Shown: positions 36,748 to 46,521, counted from the first letter of the stretch. The stretch: DNA of 64,000 nucleotides from Candidatus Limnocylindria bacterium (GCA_035708065.1 DASSTC010000043.1:2076-66075); one strand, 5' to 3'. Program-made: numbers and translations. The notes: a model not told the origin generated them from the sequence alone.

Positions 36748-37119
36748 ATGGACCTGGTGAGCGTGATCTTCAACGTCGGCGTCGGGCTCGGCGTGCTGCT
36801 GGCGGGAGCGGCGCTGCTGCTGCTGGTGCTCAACGCGCTGCCGCTGCTGGCCGAGACCCGGGGGCTGAGCAAGGACTCGCGCCGGGTCGTGGCGCTGGTC
36901 GAGCGCGAGATGCAGCCGATCCTGGCGCACTCACGGGAGCTCGCCGCAAACGCCGAGGTGCTCAGTGAGGACGTGGCGGTCAAGCTCGATCGGTTGAACG
37001 ACCTGATGAACGCGCTGCAGCGCACGCTCGAATCGGTGCAGGTCACGGCCATCCCGCGACGCCCGGGCATCGGCTCGGTAGAATCAGCGGACGCACGGGA
37101 GGACGAGCGATTCTCATGA
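36748..37119 (+). CDS. DUF948-like membrane-anchored coiled-coil protein
   Basis: GGAGGG lies 4 nt before ATG 36748. An N-terminal TM helix is followed by a helical region. The upstream ATG 36712 overlaps a TACCAT -10-like box. Confidence 0.6.
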   Translation: MDLVSVIFNVGVGLGVLLAGAALLLLVLNALPLLAETRGLSKDSRRVVALVEREMQPILAHSRELAANAEVLSEDVAVKLDRLNDLMNALQRTLESVQVTAIPRRPGIGSVESADAREDERFS

Positions 37120-37403
37120 AGGATTCGGGACTCGGCAGCTTCGCCGTCGGCGTGGTGATCGGCGGGCTGATCGGCGCCGCGCTCGGACTGCTCCTGGCAC
37201 CGCAGACCGGCGAGCAGCTGCGCGACCAGGTCGGTGACTTCGTCGACACCCGGCGCACGGCGTTCGGCGACGCGGTGAACGAGGGACGCGCCGCCGCCGA
37301 GAAGGCACGCGCCGACATGCTGGCCGAGTACGAGGCCGAAGCGGCGGTCGAGAGCGAGGCTGCCGAGGGTGGCGCCGCCGCAGAAGAGGGCGCCGCCTCC
37401 TGA
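37116..37403 (+). CDS. YtxH-domain protein
   Basis: FAVGVVIGGLIGAALGLLLAPQTGEQLR is the YtxH signature. The start overlaps the upstream stop (ATGA). Confidence 0.75.
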   Translation: MKDSGLGSFAVGVVIGGLIGAALGLLLAPQTGEQLRDQVGDFVDTRRTAFGDAVNEGRAAAEKARADMLAEYEAEAAVESEAAEGGAAAEEGAAS

Positions 37404-37431
37404 TCACGCGTCACGCGACACCGATGCAGCA

Positions 37432-37461
37432 GACGAGAGCCGGTGTTCGCCGGCTCTCGTC
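37432..37461 (+). terminator. perfect 12-bp hairpin between the YtxH gene and alaS
   Basis: GACGAGAGCCGG-tgttcg-CCGGCTCTCGTC. No U-tract follows. Confidence 0.4.
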
Positions 37462-37484
37462 ATGAACACAGGCACATCGAACGC

Positions 37485-40115
37485 ATGCAGGCACGCACCG
37501 CAGCCGAGATCCGCGAGGGGTACCAGCGCTTCTTCGAGGAGCGTGGCCATACGCGCGTGCCCGCCGCGCCGCTGCTCGCCAGGGACGATCCGACGCTGCT
37601 CTTCGTCAACTCGGGGATGGCACCCTTCAAGCGCGTCCTGACCGGCGAGGAGAAGCGCGACTACGTGCGTGCCGTCGACGCGCAGCCGGTGCTTCGGGTC
37701 TCGGGCAAGCACAACGACTTCGAGGAGGTCGGCCGCACGCCGCGGCACCACACCCTGTTCGAGATGCTCGGTAACTGGAGCTTCGGCGACTACTTCAAGC
37801 GCGACGCCATCCGCTGGGCATGGGAATACCTGACCGATGCGCTCGGCATCCCGGCGGACCGCCTGGCGGCGACGGTGTACACCGACGACGACGAGGCGGC
37901 ATCGGTCTGGACCGGTGAGATCGGGCTGCCGCCCGAGCGCGTCGTGCGCTGGGGCGACATCGCCGCCGGCGACGAGAAGAACTTCTGGGCGATGGGCGAG
38001 ACCGGCCCGTGCGGCCCGTGCAGCGAGATCCACTACGACCGCGGCGTCGAGTTCAGCGAGGGCCCCGAGTGCATCCCGGACCACTCCGAGACGTGCCGGC
38101 GCTACCTCGAGGTCTGGAACCTCGTCTTCATGGAGTTTGACCGCGCAGCCGACGGGACGCTGACGCCGTTACCGTTCAAGAGCGTCGACACCGGCATGGG
38201 CCTGGAGCGAATCAGCTCGGTGGTGCAGGGCGTCGACTCGAACTACAAGACCGACCTGTTCGTGCCGATCATCGCGCGACTGGCGGAGTTCATCGGTCAC
38301 GACCCCGAGACGATCGAGAGCGAGCGGTTCAGCTACCAGGTCGTGGCCGACCACAGCCGGGCGATGACGTTCCTGATCGACCAGGGCATCAAGCCGTCGA
38401 ATGAAGGCGCCGGGTATGTCCTGCGCCGGATCATGCGTCGCGCGGTGCGCCACGGCCGGCTGATGGGGATCGAGCGGCCGTTCCTGGCCGAGACCTGCGA
38501 CGCGGTGATCGAGATCATGGGCGAGGCGTACCCCTCGCTGGTCGAGCACCGCCAGCGGATCCTCGACGCGGTCCGCGACGAGGAGGCGAAGTTCGCGCGG
38601 ACGCTCTCGGCAGGCTCCGAGCGGCTGCTGGCACTCGTCGAGGAGAGCGGTGGCGCGATTTCGGGCGACGAGGCGTTCCGGCTCCACGACACGTTCGGGT
38701 TCCCGATCGACCTGACGATCGAGATGGCTGCCGAGCAGGGAGCCACCGTCGATCGTGCCGGCTTCGACGCGGCGATGGACGAGCAGCGCCGGCGTTCGCG
38801 CGGGTCGCGCTCCGGCCGGTTCGAGCCCGCCGAGGGGCTCGACCAGCTGGCGAGTGAGTTCATCGGCTATCCCAACGAGACGCGCGCTGACGGGCTGCGG
38901 GTGCTGGGCGTTGCTGACGACGAAGGCCGCGCGCAGGTGGTTCTCGACCGTACCCCGTTCTACGCCGAGGGCGGCGGGCAGGTCGGCGACCGCGGCGAGC
39001 TGCTCGGCGAGCGCGGCCGGTTCGTGGTCGAGGACACGCAGCGGGCCGGCCTGGCGATCGTGCATGTCGGGCGGCTGGAGGGGGTCCTGGCCCCGAGCGA
39101 CATCGTCAGCGCCCACGTCGACGAGGCGCGCCGCTGGGGCGCGGCACGCAACCACACCGGCACGCACCTGCTCCACCGGGCGCTGCGCGACGTCCTCGGC
39201 GAGCAGGCCAAGCAGGCGGGCAGCTGGGTCGGCCCCGACGCACTGCGCTTCGACTTCCCCGCGTCCCACGCGACACCGCGCGAGGCATTGCGCCAGGTCG
39301 AGCGGATCGTCAACGCCCAGATCCGCCGCGACGCGCCGGTGATCCCGACGATCATGCCGCTCGAGGAGGCGCAGGCGCTCGGCGCGGACATGTTCTTCGG
39401 CGAGAAGTACGCGCCGGCCGCGGTTCGAGTCGTGCGTGTCGACGGCTACAGCAGGGAGCTGTGCGGCGGGACGCACGTGCAGGCTACCGGGCAGATCGGC
39501 TCGCTGCGGATCACCGGTGAGTCGAGCATCGGCGCCGGCCTGCGCCGGATCGAGGCGGTGACCGGCGCAGCGGCCGAGGAGCTGGTCGAGCGCCGCCTCG
39601 AGGCGCTGCATGACGCGGCGCAGCTGCTCGGCGATCGCGAGGAGCACGTTGCGGCACGCGTCCAGGCGTTGCTCGAGCGCGTGCGTGAGGCCGAACGGGC
39701 GGCGCGGGAGCCACGTGCCCGGCAGGCACCGCGGCTGGACGCCACTGCCGCACTCGCGAGCGCCACGCAGGCGGGCGAGGCGCGCGTGGTGGTCGAGTCC
39801 TTCCCCGAGGCCGACGCCAACGCGCTGCGTGGCCTCGCGGACGATCTGCGCGCCGCGACCGGTCGCTTCGTGGCCGTCGCCGCGGGGAGTGGCAACGGGC
39901 CGGCACTGATGGTTGCCGCCAGCCGCGATCTCGTCGCCGAGGGCTTCGATGCCGTGCCGATCGTGCGCAGTGTGGCCCCCATGATCGGCGGTGGCGGTGG
40001 CGGCCGCGCCGACCTTGCGCAGGCCGGCGGCAAGGACGCCGCCCGGCTCGACGAGGCGCTGCGCGAGGCGGCGCGCCTGGCGCTCGAGACCCTGCGGAAG
40101 ATCGAGACCGGTTGA
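37485..40115 (+). CDS. alaS: alanine--tRNA ligase
   Basis: FFEERGHTRVP and WNLVFMEF are present, with an editing domain and a C-terminal GGGGGRADLAQAGG. I chose ATG 37485 rather than the tracked 37443. Confidence 0.95.
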   Translation: MQARTAAEIREGYQRFFEERGHTRVPAAPLLARDDPTLLFVNSGMAPFKRVLTGEEKRDYVRAVDAQPVLRVSGKHNDFEEVGRTPRHHTLFEMLGNWSFGDYFKRDAIRWAWEYLTDALGIPADRLAATVYTDDDEAASVWTGEIGLPPERVVRWGDIAAGDEKNFWAMGETGPCGPCSEIHYDRGVEFSEGPECIPDHSETCRRYLEVWNLVFMEFDRAADGTLTPLPFKSVDTGMGLERISSVVQGVDSNYKTDLFVPIIARLAEFIGHDPETIESERFSYQVVADHSRAMTFLIDQGIKPSNEGAGYVLRRIMRRAVRHGRLMGIERPFLAETCDAVIEIMGEAYPSLVEHRQRILDAVRDEEAKFARTLSAGSERLLALVEESGGAISGDEAFRLHDTFGFPIDLTIEMAAEQGATVDRAGFDAAMDEQRRRSRGSRSGRFEPAEGLDQLASEFIGYPNETRADGLRVLGVADDEGRAQVVLDRTPFYAEGGGQVGDRGELLGERGRFVVEDTQRAGLAIVHVGRLEGVLAPSDIVSAHVDEARRWGAARNHTGTHLLHRALRDVLGEQAKQAGSWVGPDALRFDFPASHATPREALRQVERIVNAQIRRDAPVIPTIMPLEEAQALGADMFFGEKYAPAAVRVVRVDGYSRELCGGTHVQATGQIGSLRITGESSIGAGLRRIEAVTGAAAEELVERRLEALHDAAQLLGDREEHVAARVQALLERVREAERAAREPRARQAPRLDATAALASATQAGEARVVVESFPEADANALRGLADDLRAATGRFVAVAAGSGNGPALMVAASRDLVAEGFDAVPIVRSVAPMIGGGGGGRADLAQAGGKDAARLDEALREAARLALETLRKIETG

Positions 40116-41407
40116 TGTCCCAGCTGCTGGGACGCGTCGCCGGGCGGCTCGGGGCAGTGGGGCGCGGTCGCAGTGGCGCACGTCAGCCGCAGGCGCTCAC
40201 CGCGCTGGACGTCGGCACCGAGTTCGCCAAGGCGCTGATCATCGGCGTGGAGAGCGGCACGGAGGGAAGCGGCGGCCTGGTGCGCGGCGTCGGCCGCAAG
40301 CGACAGGGCCTGACCCACATGCAGAGCGGCACCGTGACCGACATCGACGCTGTCGTCGCGAACTGCGCGGCTGCGCTCGACGAGGCGGAGGCGATGGCCG
40401 GCATGCGACCGACCGCCGCGGTGATCGGCATCGCCGGCGAACTGGTCAAGGGCACGACCTCGACGGTCGTGCACGAGCGGCGCGACGCACGCGACCCCCT
40501 CACCGAGGAGGAGCTGCAACGGATCGTGCAGCGCGTCCAGGACCAGGCGCTGCGGGATGCCGAGCGGCGCATCGGCTGGGAGAGCGGCCTCGAGCGTCTG
40601 GACGTGCGGCTGGTCCACGCCGCCATCGTCGAGATCAAGATCGACGGCTACCCGGTCAGCAACCCGATCGGCTTCACCGGCTCGCACCTGGAGCTGTCGG
40701 TCTTCAACGCCTTCGCACCGATGGTCCATCTCGGGGCGCTGCAATCGGTGGCGCACGCGCTCGGTCTGCGACTGATGGGCGTCATCGCCGAGCCGTACGC
40801 GGTGGCGACCTGCCTTGACCCGGGCGAGGTCGGCGACGCCGGCGCGGTGTTCGTCGACGTCGGGGGCGGCACGAGCGACGTCGCGCTGGTGCGCCACGGC
40901 GGGATCGCCGGAACGAAGATGCTCAGCCTCGGCGGCCGTGCCTTCACCAAGGGGCTGGCCGAGCGCTTCGGCCTTTCATTTCCGCGCGCCGAGGCCGCAA
41001 AGCTCGGCGAGGACGACGGCTCGGTTTCGCGTGCCGAGCTGGATGAAACGCTCGCCGCCGACGCCGCGATCTGGCTGCGCGGGGTGGCGCTGATGATCGG
41101 CGACCTGGCCGAGGGTGAGCTGCTGCCCGGTCGCATCTACGTCTGCGGTGGGGGCGCCGAGCTGCGGCAGATCGTCGAGGCGCTCGAGGGCGACGCGTGG
41201 TGGCGCGGCCTGCCATTCGCACGCCGCCCGGTCATCCGGCCCTTGCGGCCGCAGGATGTCACCGGGCTGGGCGATGCGACCGGCGAGCTCGGCACGCGCC
41301 AGGACGTCACGCCGATGGCGCTCGGCCGCCAGGCGCTGATCCTCGACGCGCAGGCATCGGCCGTCGAGCGAGCGATGCGAGGCGCCGTGCGCGCCATGAA
41401 CCTCTGA
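40115..41407 (+). CDS. FtsA-family actin-like ATPase (paralogue or atypical)
   Basis: LDVGTEFAKALI is phosphate-1-like and VFVDVGGGTSDVALV is phosphate-2-like. VHAAIVEIKIDGYPVSNPIGFTGSHLELSVF is FtsA-like. The ATG shares one base with the alaS stop. Confidence 0.7.
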   Translation: MSQLLGRVAGRLGAVGRGRSGARQPQALTALDVGTEFAKALIIGVESGTEGSGGLVRGVGRKRQGLTHMQSGTVTDIDAVVANCAAALDEAEAMAGMRPTAAVIGIAGELVKGTTSTVVHERRDARDPLTEEELQRIVQRVQDQALRDAERRIGWESGLERLDVRLVHAAIVEIKIDGYPVSNPIGFTGSHLELSVFNAFAPMVHLGALQSVAHALGLRLMGVIAEPYAVATCLDPGEVGDAGAVFVDVGGGTSDVALVRHGGIAGTKMLSLGGRAFTKGLAERFGLSFPRAEAAKLGEDDGSVSRAELDETLAADAAIWLRGVALMIGDLAEGELLPGRIYVCGGGAELRQIVEALEGDAWWRGLPFARRPVIRPLRPQDVTGLGDATGELGTRQDVTPMALGRQALILDAQASAVERAMRGAVRAMNL

Positions 41408-41415
41408 CGGTGACG

Positions 41416-43065
41416 ATGGCGTCCGAGCCGCAGATCGTCTACCTCGAGCCCGACGACGAGATCACCTCGGTGGTTCGCCGCCTGCGCGAGACCGATGCCT
41501 CCCGGGTCGTGCTCGTTGCGCCGGGCCGGACCAAGGCGACCTCGTCGGTCGTCGCGCTGCGGCTGCTGGCCGAGGTCGCCCGCGAGGAGGGTCGCGAGGT
41601 CGCGCTGGTCGCCGATCCGCTGGCCCGCACGCTGGCCGCCGAGGCGGGCATCTCGGCCTTCGCCACGGTGCCCGAGGCGACGTCGGGTGCCGCACCGGCC
41701 GCCGAAGGCGCGCCCGCGCGCCGGGCGGCGATCCACGTCGTCCGTCCGGAGTCTCCCGCGTCTCCGCCGCGATCCGGCGCGTCCGACGAGACGCGCGCCG
41801 TGCCGGTCGTCGGCCCGGCCGGGCCGCGCCAGGCGGGCGCCCCGCCGCGTGAGCCACGTCCGGCGCCGCGGCCACGACCGGCGCCCGTGCGGCGCCCGGT
41901 GGCGAAACGTCGCTCGGTCGTGCCGGTCGTCGGCGTGGCGGTTATCATCGTCGCGCTGCTGGCCGCGGTCGGGGTTGCAGCCGCGGTCCTGCCGGCCGCC
42001 ACGATCCACATCACGCCGGTCGCGCGAGCGGTCGGTCCGCTGCGCTACGTGGTCACGCCACCGAACCAGGATCATGTCAGCGGCGAGCTCGAGCGGACGC
42101 TCAGCGCCGAGGCGACCGGCGACCATGTCGAGCGCACCACCGCGCGTGGCGCGGTCCTGTTCCAGAGCGGGAACCCGGGACGCTGCCGGGTGCCGCAGGG
42201 CACTCGCGTCGCCGCCGGCAAGATCGAGTTCCAGACCGTTGAGACCGTTACCGTCCCGGAGGGCAAGTTCACCGGCCACGGCATCGACCCGGGGCAGGCC
42301 AGCGTCGGCATCGTGGCGCTGGCACCCGGCACGGCGGGCAATGTGGCCGCCGGCGCGATCGACACGATCGAGGACGACCGCATCACGTTCTGCCTGCGCG
42401 GGTTTCCGAACACTACGCATCGGCTGGTGAGCAATCCGAAGGCGACGGCTGGCGGCGACGAGACGCACACGCCCGAGGTCACGCAGGAGGATGTCGACGG
42501 GCTGAAGACGCAGGTCGAGGCGGCGCTGGGCCGTGACCTGACGCAGGCGCTCGCGGCCAAGCCGGACGCGATCGTCATCGTGCCGGCCGAGCCGGAGCAG
42601 CCGAGGGTCGACATTCCGAAGGATCTCGTCGGCAGCCGCGGGCAGGAGACATTCGAGCTGACCGGCACGCTGGCCTACGACCGGCCGAGCGTCGCTCGCG
42701 CCGACGTCGAGGAAGCGGCACGCCAGCAGCTGCTCGACGATGCGACGGCGATCCCCGCCGGCACGACGCTCGACCCCGAATCGATCGATGTCGCGATCGG
42801 CGATCCGACGCTCGACGGCGACGTCGTCAAGGTCGCGGTGCAGGTCAGCGCGGCCGCGATCCCCGAGCTCGACGTGGCGCGGCTGCGCAAGCAGGTCGCC
42901 GGCAAGACGCCGGGGGAGGCGCAGGCGCTGCTCGGTGGCATCGGCGTGGCGAAGATCGACCTGTGGCCGGGCTGGGTGAGCCGCATCCCGACGATGGACT
43001 GGCGGGTGAGCATCGACGTGGCATCGACCGACGGCGTCTCGTCGCAGGCCCCCGGCGCGCCGTAG
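41416..43065 (+). CDS. bitopic membrane protein of unknown function, with a cytoplasmic N-domain, Pro/Ala linker, one TM helix and an extracytoplasmic domain of about 330 aa
   Basis: The ATG lies 8 nt after the FtsA-like stop. The TM helix is VVPVVGVAVIIVALLAAVGVAAAVL. The motif APGTAGNVAAGAIDTIED faintly recalls baseplate-J-like proteins, a low-confidence recollection. Confidence 0.55.
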   Translation: MASEPQIVYLEPDDEITSVVRRLRETDASRVVLVAPGRTKATSSVVALRLLAEVAREEGREVALVADPLARTLAAEAGISAFATVPEATSGAAPAAEGAPARRAAIHVVRPESPASPPRSGASDETRAVPVVGPAGPRQAGAPPREPRPAPRPRPAPVRRPVAKRRSVVPVVGVAVIIVALLAAVGVAAAVLPAATIHITPVARAVGPLRYVVTPPNQDHVSGELERTLSAEATGDHVERTTARGAVLFQSGNPGRCRVPQGTRVAAGKIEFQTVETVTVPEGKFTGHGIDPGQASVGIVALAPGTAGNVAAGAIDTIEDDRITFCLRGFPNTTHRLVSNPKATAGGDETHTPEVTQEDVDGLKTQVEAALGRDLTQALAAKPDAIVIVPAEPEQPRVDIPKDLVGSRGQETFELTGTLAYDRPSVARADVEEAARQQLLDDATAIPAGTTLDPESIDVAIGDPTLDGDVVKVAVQVSAAAIPELDVARLRKQVAGKTPGEAQALLGGIGVAKIDLWPGWVSRIPTMDWRVSIDVASTDGVSSQAPGAP

Positions 43066-43066
43066 G

Positions 43067-43483
43067 GTGCGCATCCTGGCGATCGACCACGGCAGCCGGC
43101 GCATCGGCCTGGCGGTCGGCGACACCGAGACGCGGATGGCGTTCGCGCGTGCGGCGCTGCGGCGGCGGAGCGCCGCAGACGACCTTGCCCGCCTGGGCGA
43201 GCTGGCGCGCGTCGAAGGCGTCGAACGCATCGTCATTGGACTGCCGTTGAACATGGACGGCAGCGAGGGCTCGCAGGCGAAGGCGGCACGGGCATTCGGC
43301 GACGCGCTGGCCGGCATCGGTCTGGAGATCGTCTATGTCGACGAGCGGCTCAGCAGCTGGGAAGCCGCGGAACGGCTGGGCGCGGCGGGCCGCCGCCCGA
43401 CGCGGGAGAGCGGCGAGCTGGACTCGGCGGCGGCAGCCGTCTTCCTGCAACAATACCTGGACATGACCGAGGAGACCCAATGA
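43067..43483 (+). CDS. ruvX: Holliday-junction resolvase-like nuclease RuvX (YqgF)
   Basis: RILAIDHGSRRIGLAVGD is present in 138 aa. The start is GTG. Confidence 0.9.
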   Translation: MRILAIDHGSRRIGLAVGDTETRMAFARAALRRRSAADDLARLGELARVEGVERIVIGLPLNMDGSEGSQAKAARAFGDALAGIGLEIVYVDERLSSWEAAERLGAAGRRPTRESGELDSAAAAVFLQQYLDMTEETQ

Positions 43484-44805
43484 CCCGTCGCCCCGGCCCG
43501 CTTCGTGTCGACGAGCGCCGCAACGCGCGGATTCGCGAGCTGCGCGATCAGCGCGAGGCACCCATTCGCCGGCGGCGGCGCTTCCAGCCCGTCGTGCTGC
43601 TGGCGTGGTTCGCGGCCGTCGCGGCGGTTGCCGCCATCGTCATCTTCCTGGGCTTCCTGGCCTTTGCGCCGCGGCTGATGGCGTGGGTCGAGGAGAACCC
43701 GGGGAGCATCGAGCACGGCATCGTGCGCGACTTCGTGCAGTGGTACCGGCCCGGCGAGCTGTCCGACTCGGCGAAGGGTGGCGACGGCCGGATCACGTTC
43801 ACCGTCGAGCCCGGCTCGAACGACGCCCAGATCGGGCACCTGCTGTTCGAGAAGGGGCTCGTCCGTTCCGAGCTGGCCTTCCAGTACGCGGTGATGCGCG
43901 CGGGACGGTCGGGCAACCTGCAGGCCGGCACGTACGACCTGTCGCCGAGCCTCAAGCCGAGCGAGATCGTCGGAGCGCTGCGCCAGGAGAGCGGCCCGGA
44001 GATCAGCATCCGCATCGGCGAGGGCTGGCGGCTGGAGCAGGTCACCGCCTACCTGGCGACGACGAAGACGACGATGAACATCGACCAGTTCGCCAAGCTG
44101 GTGAAGGACCCGCCGGCTGACCTCCTGGCGAAGTACGACTTCTTCAAGGACCTGCCGGTCGGCCGCACCCTGGAGGGCTACCTCTACCCGGACACCTACA
44201 GCATCTTTGCCAATGCGTCGGCGCGCGAGGTCGTGGAGAAGCTGCTCGACAGGTTCGAGTCGAAGCTGACCCCGGAGATTCGCGACGGGCTGGCGAAGCA
44301 GGACCTGTCGATCGACGACGCAGTGAAGATCGCGTCGATCGTCGAGCGCGAGGCGGTGCTCGACGAGGAGCGGCCGCAGATCGCCGGCGTCTATATCAAC
44401 CGGATCAAGCACCCGGACAACGGACAGACCAACGGCCTGCTCAACGCGGACCCGACGCTGCAGTACGGCCTGGCCACGTTCGAGCACGGCGACGCGCCGG
44501 TCGACGAATGGGGCAGCATCGAGTGGTGGCCGAAGCTCGAGGCATCCGGCGGCGACATCGGCGCCGACTGGCCCAAGGCGTTGGCCGGCTACCAGACCTA
44601 CCTGAATCCGGGTCTGCCGCCATCACCGATTGCCGCGCCGCGCGGCTCTTCGCTCGCCGCGGTGGCGGCGCCCGAAGGCGACTACCTCTACTTCGTGGCC
44701 GGCTGCCCGAACGGCAAGCGCAACGGGTCGCACTACTTCGCCAAGACGAACGGGGAGCACGAGGCGAACATCGCCAAGGCGAACCAGGAGTGCGCCGGCC
44801 AGTGA
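43480..44805 (+). CDS. mltG: endolytic murein transglycosylase MltG (YceG-like)
   Basis: An N-terminal TM helix is present, with LEGYLYPDTY and ASIVEREA. The start overlaps the ruvX stop (ATGA). Confidence 0.9.
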   Translation: MTRRPGPLRVDERRNARIRELRDQREAPIRRRRRFQPVVLLAWFAAVAAVAAIVIFLGFLAFAPRLMAWVEENPGSIEHGIVRDFVQWYRPGELSDSAKGGDGRITFTVEPGSNDAQIGHLLFEKGLVRSELAFQYAVMRAGRSGNLQAGTYDLSPSLKPSEIVGALRQESGPEISIRIGEGWRLEQVTAYLATTKTTMNIDQFAKLVKDPPADLLAKYDFFKDLPVGRTLEGYLYPDTYSIFANASAREVVEKLLDRFESKLTPEIRDGLAKQDLSIDDAVKIASIVEREAVLDEERPQIAGVYINRIKHPDNGQTNGLLNADPTLQYGLATFEHGDAPVDEWGSIEWWPKLEASGGDIGADWPKALAGYQTYLNPGLPPSPIAAPRGSSLAAVAAPEGDYLYFVAGCPNGKRNGSHYFAKTNGEHEANIAKANQECAGQ

Positions 44806-44831
44806 GCCTCGCCACGACGGCGAGCACCCGC

Positions 44832-45908
44832 ATGGACCGTGCGCGCGCGCTGCTCGACGAGCTGGCGCTCGATGCCCTGCTCGTCAGCCGTAACGCGAAC
44901 AAGCGCTACCTTTCGGGGTTCGTCATCGCGCGCGGCGACGAGGCGACCAGCGGCTTCAGCGGCACGCTGCTGGTCACCCGCGATCGCCAGATCCTGCTGA
45001 CCGACGCGCGCTACCTCGTCCAGGCCGCGGACGAGTCCCCGGGCTGGGACGTGCGTCGCACCCAGGGCCGCTTCGCCGGCGAGGTCGGCTCGCTGCTCAC
45101 CGAGCTCGCGGTTCACCGATGCGGCGCCGAGGCGACGGTGCTGTCACACGCCGACTGGGCTGCCCTGACCGATGCGACGCACGCCGAGCTGCTGGCGATC
45201 GACGCGCCGCTCAATGCGCTGCGCCTGCGTAAGGACGTTGGCGAGGTCGACGCAATCGCACGTGCGGCCGACCTCACTGACCGATGCTTCGCGCACCTGT
45301 GCGACTGGCTGCGGCTCGGCATCGCCGAGCAGGAGGTTGCCTGGGAGATCGAGCGCTGGTTCCGCGACAACGGCGCGGAAGCGCTGGCATTCGACCCGAT
45401 CGTGCTCGTTGGTGCTCGTGCTGCAATGCCGCACGGCCGGCCGTCCGACGTTGCGGTGACCGCAGGCGAACCGCTGCTCATCGACTTCGGCTGCCAGGTC
45501 GACGGCTACCGCTCCGACATGACCCGGACCCTGTTCGTCGGCGCAGCATCGAAGCGGCAGCGGCAGCTGTACGACGTCGTCCTCGCCGCGCAGCAGGCGG
45601 CGTATGATGCGCTGCGGCCCGGCGTGATCGGTACCACGGTCGACGACGCGGCGCGCGAGGTGATCGCGGCAGCGGGGTACGGCGACGCGTTCAGCCACGG
45701 GCTGGGCCACGGCATCGGCCTGGAGACGCACGAGGCGCCGATGCTGCTGACGTACGATCGGCCGCTCGAGGCGGGGATGGTGCTCACGCTGGAGCCGGGG
45801 ATCTACCTGGCGGGCGAGATCGGGATCCGCATCGAGGACGACGTCGCGCTCACCGACGACGGGCCACGGCGCCTGACGAGTGCGCCGCGCGAGCTCATCG
45901 TGATTTGA
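44832..45908 (+). CDS. M24-family Xaa-Pro aminopeptidase/dipeptidase
   Basis: HGLGHGIGLETHEAP and EPGIYL...GIRIEDDV are present. An alternative GTG at 44802 would form a GTGA overlap with mltG. Confidence 0.85.
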   Translation: MDRARALLDELALDALLVSRNANKRYLSGFVIARGDEATSGFSGTLLVTRDRQILLTDARYLVQAADESPGWDVRRTQGRFAGEVGSLLTELAVHRCGAEATVLSHADWAALTDATHAELLAIDAPLNALRLRKDVGEVDAIARAADLTDRCFAHLCDWLRLGIAEQEVAWEIERWFRDNGAEALAFDPIVLVGARAAMPHGRPSDVAVTAGEPLLIDFGCQVDGYRSDMTRTLFVGAASKRQRQLYDVVLAAQQAAYDALRPGVIGTTVDDAAREVIAAAGYGDAFSHGLGHGIGLETHEAPMLLTYDRPLEAGMVLTLEPGIYLAGEIGIRIEDDVALTDDGPRRLTSAPRELIVI

Positions 45909-45960
45909 AACATCGGCGCTGCCCGAACGGGTGGCTCGGGACGGGAGGCATCGGTATCAC

Positions 45961-46521
45961 GTGATCAGCACCGGAGATGTGAAAAAGGGGATCATCATCG
46001 AGCTGGACGGCCAGCTGATGAAGGTCCTCGACTGGAGCCACATCAAGATGGCCCGCGGGTCGGCACAGGTACGTATGAAGCTGCAGAACGTGCGCAAGGG
46101 CGACATCGTCGAACGCACGTTCCAGGCGGGAACGCGTTGGCCGCGCGCCCGGGTGGAGCAGCGCAAGGTGCAGTACCTGTACAGCGACGGCGACGCCTAC
46201 CACTTCATGGACTCGGAGACGTACGACCAGTTCTCGGTACCGGCCGCGCTGCTCGGCGACGACGCGAAGTACCTCAAGGAGAACACCGAGGTCTTCGTCA
46301 GCAACTATGAGAACGAGATCCTGGGCGTCGACCTGCCGGTGACCGTCGACCTGCGCGTGGTCGAGACCGAGCCGGGGTTCGCCGGCGACACCGCGACCGG
46401 TGCCAAGAAGGCCGCGACCGTCGAAACCGGGCTGGTCGTGCAGGTGCCGCTGTTCGTGAACGAGGGAGATCTGCTACGCGTGGACACGCGGACGGGGGAG
46501 TACGTCACGCGGGTCCAATAG
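45961..46521 (+). CDS. efp: elongation factor P
   Basis: VISTGDVKKGIIIELDGQLMKVLDWSHIKMARGSAQVRMKLQNV matches the EF-P N-terminus from GTG 45961. Length is 186 aa. Confidence 0.93.
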   Translation: MISTGDVKKGIIIELDGQLMKVLDWSHIKMARGSAQVRMKLQNVRKGDIVERTFQAGTRWPRARVEQRKVQYLYSDGDAYHFMDSETYDQFSVPAALLGDDAKYLKENTEVFVSNYENEILGVDLPVTVDLRVVETEPGFAGDTATGAKKAATVETGLVVQVPLFVNEGDLLRVDTRTGEYVTRVQ

